A stretch of DNA of 61,953 bases, the filler included, from Choristocarpus tenellus KU-1152 (lineage: Eukaryota > Protista > Phaeophyceae): the NCBI GenBank assembly GCA_964200185.2. It is 9 parts of 9 records of this genome, joined end to end, with 100 filler letters (N's around TTAATTAATTAA, not from the genome) between each part and the next. Parts side by side here need not be neighbours in the genome. Positions count along the whole stretch, not along the records: positions 55,754 to 59,208 come from CAXNAD020019924.1; positions 59,309 to 61,953 come from CAXNAD020026004.1; 7 more parts are not named here. One strand, 5' to 3'. This document shows, piece by piece, positions 58,240 to 61,953 of the stretch. Within the stretch, counting starts at the first letter, position 1. Each line of letters opens with the position of its first letter. Both the position numbers and the translations under genes were made by a program. Under the pieces are notes generated by a model. The model did not search any database. It was not told the DNA's origin and worked only from the letters and a program-made list of their open reading frames with translations.

Positions 58240-59208
58240 TGTGATGATATATATATATATATTATTATACGAGGTTTGCACTTGTGTTGCGCTGCCTTTG
58301 CACTATAAAAATACCAGATAGAGTATTTTTGTGTATCAGGTGTTGATAGCAGTATCATAGGTAGCATCCCAGGAGATATTTTGGGATTGTGTGGGAAGGG
58401 TGATGCTGAGACTGTAAGGTTCATTAGGGCAATCTCTTCTATCCACTCTTACTGCCATTGTGAGCATAGATTTTTTTTATCATACGAGGTTTGCACTTGT
58501 GTTGCGCTGTCTTCGCACTATGGAAATACCAAATAGAATATTCTTACACACTAGGTGTTGATTGATGGCAGTATGGTACTTTACCACCCCAGGAGATATT
58601 TTGAGATTGTGTGGGAAGGTGTAGAATAGCACATAAATGTAGGGGAGTGTGGGTGGGAAGGGGGTAAGCCCAATGATTACCAAAACATGATCTTATCTCA
58701 GGGCCACTTGATCGTGTGGGTGTGCCTCTCTTGTTGTTACAACAGAGAAGATTCCCACATGTGTAGAAGGCAAGGCAGCCGATGCCGAGACTATAAGGTT
58801 CATGAGGGCAATCTATTCTATCCTCTCTCATTGTCATTGTGAACATAGATATTTTGTCATATGATGTCTGCTCTTGTGTTGCACTGCCTTTGCACTATGA
58901 AAATACCAAATAGAATATTCTTACACACTAGGTGTTGATTGATGGCAGTATGGTACTTTACCACCCCAGGAGATATTTCGAGATTGTGTGGGAAGGTGTA
59001 GAATAGCACATAAATGTAGGGGAGTGTGGGTGGGAAGGGGGTAAGCCCAATGATTACCAAAACATGATCTTATCTCAGGGCCACTTGATTGTGTGGGTGT
59101 GCCTCTCTTGTTGTTTACAACACAGAAGATTCCCGCATGTGTAGAAGGCAAGGCAGCCGATGCCGAGACTATAAGGTTCATGAGGGAAATCTATTCCATC
59201 AACACCCC
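58240..59208. repeat. 377-bp tandem repeat (two near-full units plus one internally deleted unit) running into the contig end
   Basis: Near-identical ORFs at 58480-58683 and 58857-59060 are offset by 377; shortened unit at 58240-58478. Confidence 0.92.
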
Positions 59209-60147
59209 NNNNNNNNNNNNNNNNNNNNNNNNNNNNNNNNNNNNNNNNNNNNTTAATTAATTAANNNNNNNNNNNNNNNNNNNNNNNNNNNNNNNNNNNN
59301 NNNNNNNNCCACACCTTTCTTTCTTTTTTTTCTCTGTTTTTGTCTTTTTTTTTTTTTTTTTTTTTTGTGGGGGGGGGGGGGGGGGGGGGGGTTATGTTGA
59401 AGTTGAAGTTGGTTGAGTGTAATGAAATAAATTTTGGTGAGTGGAAGGGTATGGTGTTAGGACTAGCAGTTCTATTAATAATGTTGATACTGGCACTCTG
59501 TTTTAGATTATGTCATTGTTGGTACTATCTATATTATGTTAATGTACTGATATTAGTGGTTTGGTACACAGAATAAATTGTTTTGTTACATAATCATAAT
59601 CATAATACCGTACCAACAATGAAACTGGTTAATTGCTTTCACTGAGTTTAGGATTAGGGTTACAGCATCAGTTCGTGTTAGGGATAGGATTGCTCTAATT
59701 GTGTGAAACACCTAAAAAAGTGTTGAAAAGGTTTCTTGCTGTAGAGCAATCTCTGAGACCAAGTTTCAGTTGATGCTGTTCTCGGGGTTTTTTCAGTGAG
59801 TTGCTCCGGAATATACATGGAAGAGGTAGATTCAGGATTTTGAAGGGCAAGGAAATGTCTAGTTTGAATAGTAGGGTATAGTTTGAATAATAGGGTATGT
59901 ATACCTTTTTTGTTTCATGTTGGGATGGGTATTAGGGTAGAGTGTGAGAAACACATTCAGATATTGATAGAGTACTATTTATGGTTGGCAGTTTGTAAAG
60001 GGATTTTTGTGTATTTCGTGTATGTACATATTATATAGTATATATTACATATTATATATTATATGTATGGTCTATCAACAATCTTCCCACTCCAACTTCT
60101 TTTTTTTGTAATTAATTTTATTATTATTATTATTATTATTTTCAAAG

Positions 60148-60859
60148 GTTCGGGAGTGTGATGAGCAAGGTTCTGACTCTCATGAGGAAAAGACCAATTC
60201 GGACATTGAGGGAGGTGAGACTAAGGCTGACAGGGACGTTGACCTCTTTGGTGATGAGCTGGAGGGGACAAAGGAAGAAGACATGAGAGACTCTAGCAAT
60301 GCTAGTAGTCTTACCCCAGGTATTTGTCTGTATGTGTCTATTGGAATATATCTAAATGGTGCTGAGGGTGGTAGGTTTTACACTAGTATTACTACTACTG
60401 TGGGGTTTGGTTTGTACATGCCAACCACGGTTGGTTTTTGACTACTGCTGTGTAGGGGATTTAACTATTTGGCATGGATGGGTTGTTCATTTTTTTTTAA
60501 TAACATCTGTAATCCCTTTTTTGTTTGATAAGGGTACTACTATTATTATTATTTTCATCCATTTTTTATTTTATTATGATGTTTTATTGTATTCACAGTT
60601 GTCTAAAAACAAAAAAAATAAAAGTACTAGGGGTACACAAACTGTGATGCAAGGTTGATACAAGGATGTCGTCTTGTACAGCAGCTAACCCTAACCCTAA
60701 CCCTGTGTTACCACGGACTAACTCGGGAAAATCTGCAACTTTTTTCACAATATATTTTTAGGTTTGACGCCTGGCAAGGTGAGGTACGAGTTGGAACAGT
60801 CTCTTACCGATCTCAACAATCTCTCTCTGTCCATGGAGGACCACGGGCAAGGTTCAGAG
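60148..60859 (+). CDS. Two internal exons of an unknown acidic low-complexity protein
   Basis: Exons 60148-60319 and 60762-60859 are open, flanked by AG/GT and phase-compatible (G|GT): VRECDEQGSDSHEEKT...LTP-GLTPGKVRYELEQSLTDLNNLSLSMED. Confidence 0.6.
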
Positions 60860-61140
60860 GTAAACGCTTAGTTTTTATTCTCTATAAAACTTGTGTGCAG
60901 GGGTCGACCCCTGGTTTTGATGTCTGTCTGGTTTTGGAGTAGGGATGGTACCTGATAGAGGAATTTATGTTCTGGTGTGCAGAAGGGCCTGGTTGAGCTT
61001 GTGGGAAGGTTGATTTGACAGCTACATTGCAGTCGCCATTGCAGATGGTCAGGCAGTCTCTGTACTGTAACCAAATTTGGTGTAAATGTATTCCATGATA
61101 GGTGTTTGTTTAATATTTTTTTACATGTTCTGTATTTCGC

Positions 61141-61259
61141 TGTTGGTAGTGTGACTGTTGGTAGTGTGACTGTTAGTAATGTGACTGTTGGTAGTGTGAC
61201 TGTTAGTAATGTGACTGTTGGTAGTGTGACTGTTAGTAGTGTGACTGTTAGTAGTGTGA
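61141..61259. repeat. 15-bp minisatellite x8
   Basis: (tgttRgtaRtgtgac)8. Confidence 0.95.
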
Positions 61260-61953
61260 GTTCAGGTACCAGTTTTGAACTGCAACGGCACTTAGTAGTA
61301 GGTTTGATTGAGTTCAGGGGTTGATGTTTGGGCATTGACCTCTTAATGGCTGTCCTGTGGAATGTGTAGGTGGAAGGTGTGAGGGGATTGGGAATACAAT
61401 AAGTAAGGTGGAAGGGGGAAGACATTTCTTTGACTTTGTGTGGACTGTGGACTTCAATTCTTATAATTGTGTTGCTGGTAGGTTAGATTTTGGGTTTTGG
61501 TGGCATTGTCCTGTACATATTTCGAGTGATTCTGAATGTAACTGTAACTGTAACTGTAACTCTTGGTCATGCGCTAAAAAATGGTGTTCAAAAGTTTCTT
61601 GGGCAGCTCTGCTCCTTCTAGACATTCTTGTGGAAAGATGCAAGAATATCGTATGCTGAATGGTTGCCTTTATTCTAGAGTTGTTTTTCTCAGCATGGCT
61701 GCAATTGAACTGTTCCTCTTATCTTTATCACACACCTTCCATATGCACACGCCTTCCACATGCACACGCCTGGCTGAACTTCAAACTTGCCTTGTGTATC
61801 AGGGCGGAACCTCAGGTCCTCCTCGAAGTCCGTTTATGGTGGACCTGCACCTCAGTCCAGGACCAAGTCCCATAAAACCAGAGATGGATGAGGGCACACC
61901 CTTGGATGTAAATGCATGTGGTGTAGGACCTGAGGAGGAAGGGGAGGGGGGGG

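Noticed and set aside
13762-59308. Regularly recurring palindrome TTAATTAATTAA as a biological repeat or CRISPR-like array
   Set aside because: Always centred in exactly 44+44 Ns; it is a synthetic six-frame-stop linker. Gene neighbourhoods across it are therefore not interpreted.
60868-61425. 185-aa ORF with TVTLP/TVTLL repeats
   Set aside because: Open only because the 15-bp minisatellite lacks stops; no coding evidence.

Overview
Eukaryotic, intron-rich genomic DNA. Gene content, long introns, TE remnants and OFD1 suggest a flagellate-producing stramenopile, plausibly a brown alga or relative (inference). The window is not continuous: it is 9 contigs joined by artificial 100-bp linkers (N44-TTAATTAATTAA-N44), so adjacency across linkers is not trusted. 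Host genes assembled by hand from splice-phase-consistent exons: 26S proteasome ATPase RPT2/PSMC1 (8 exons, last exon missing), a KA1-like plus ARM-like protein, an ABCC transporter NBD2 fragment, two Nup93/Nic96 exons, three OFD1 exons and two exons of an unknown acidic protein. Much of the rest is transposon-derived: four MITE families sharing a bipartite GA(G/C)YCAAA-N6-nnGAGG terminus (three of them mostly 256-262 bp, with mixed 3/4-bp TSDs), hAT and RTE remnants, a Copia element with a half-tRNA PBS, a solo LTR and a foldback element. The most interesting object is contig 33184-40014, a head-to-head two-gene cassette. It pairs the first exon of a Sola-like transposase (+) with a spliced gene (-) encoding ParB/Srx domain, HTH-like region, acidic linker, PHD-like Zn finger and a possible degenerate methyltransferase-like segment. 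The 5' end of that gene recurs as a second diverged copy at 42836-43515, consistent with a multicopy DNA transposon carrying a chromatin-related accessory gene. All domain calls are by eye; no searches were run.
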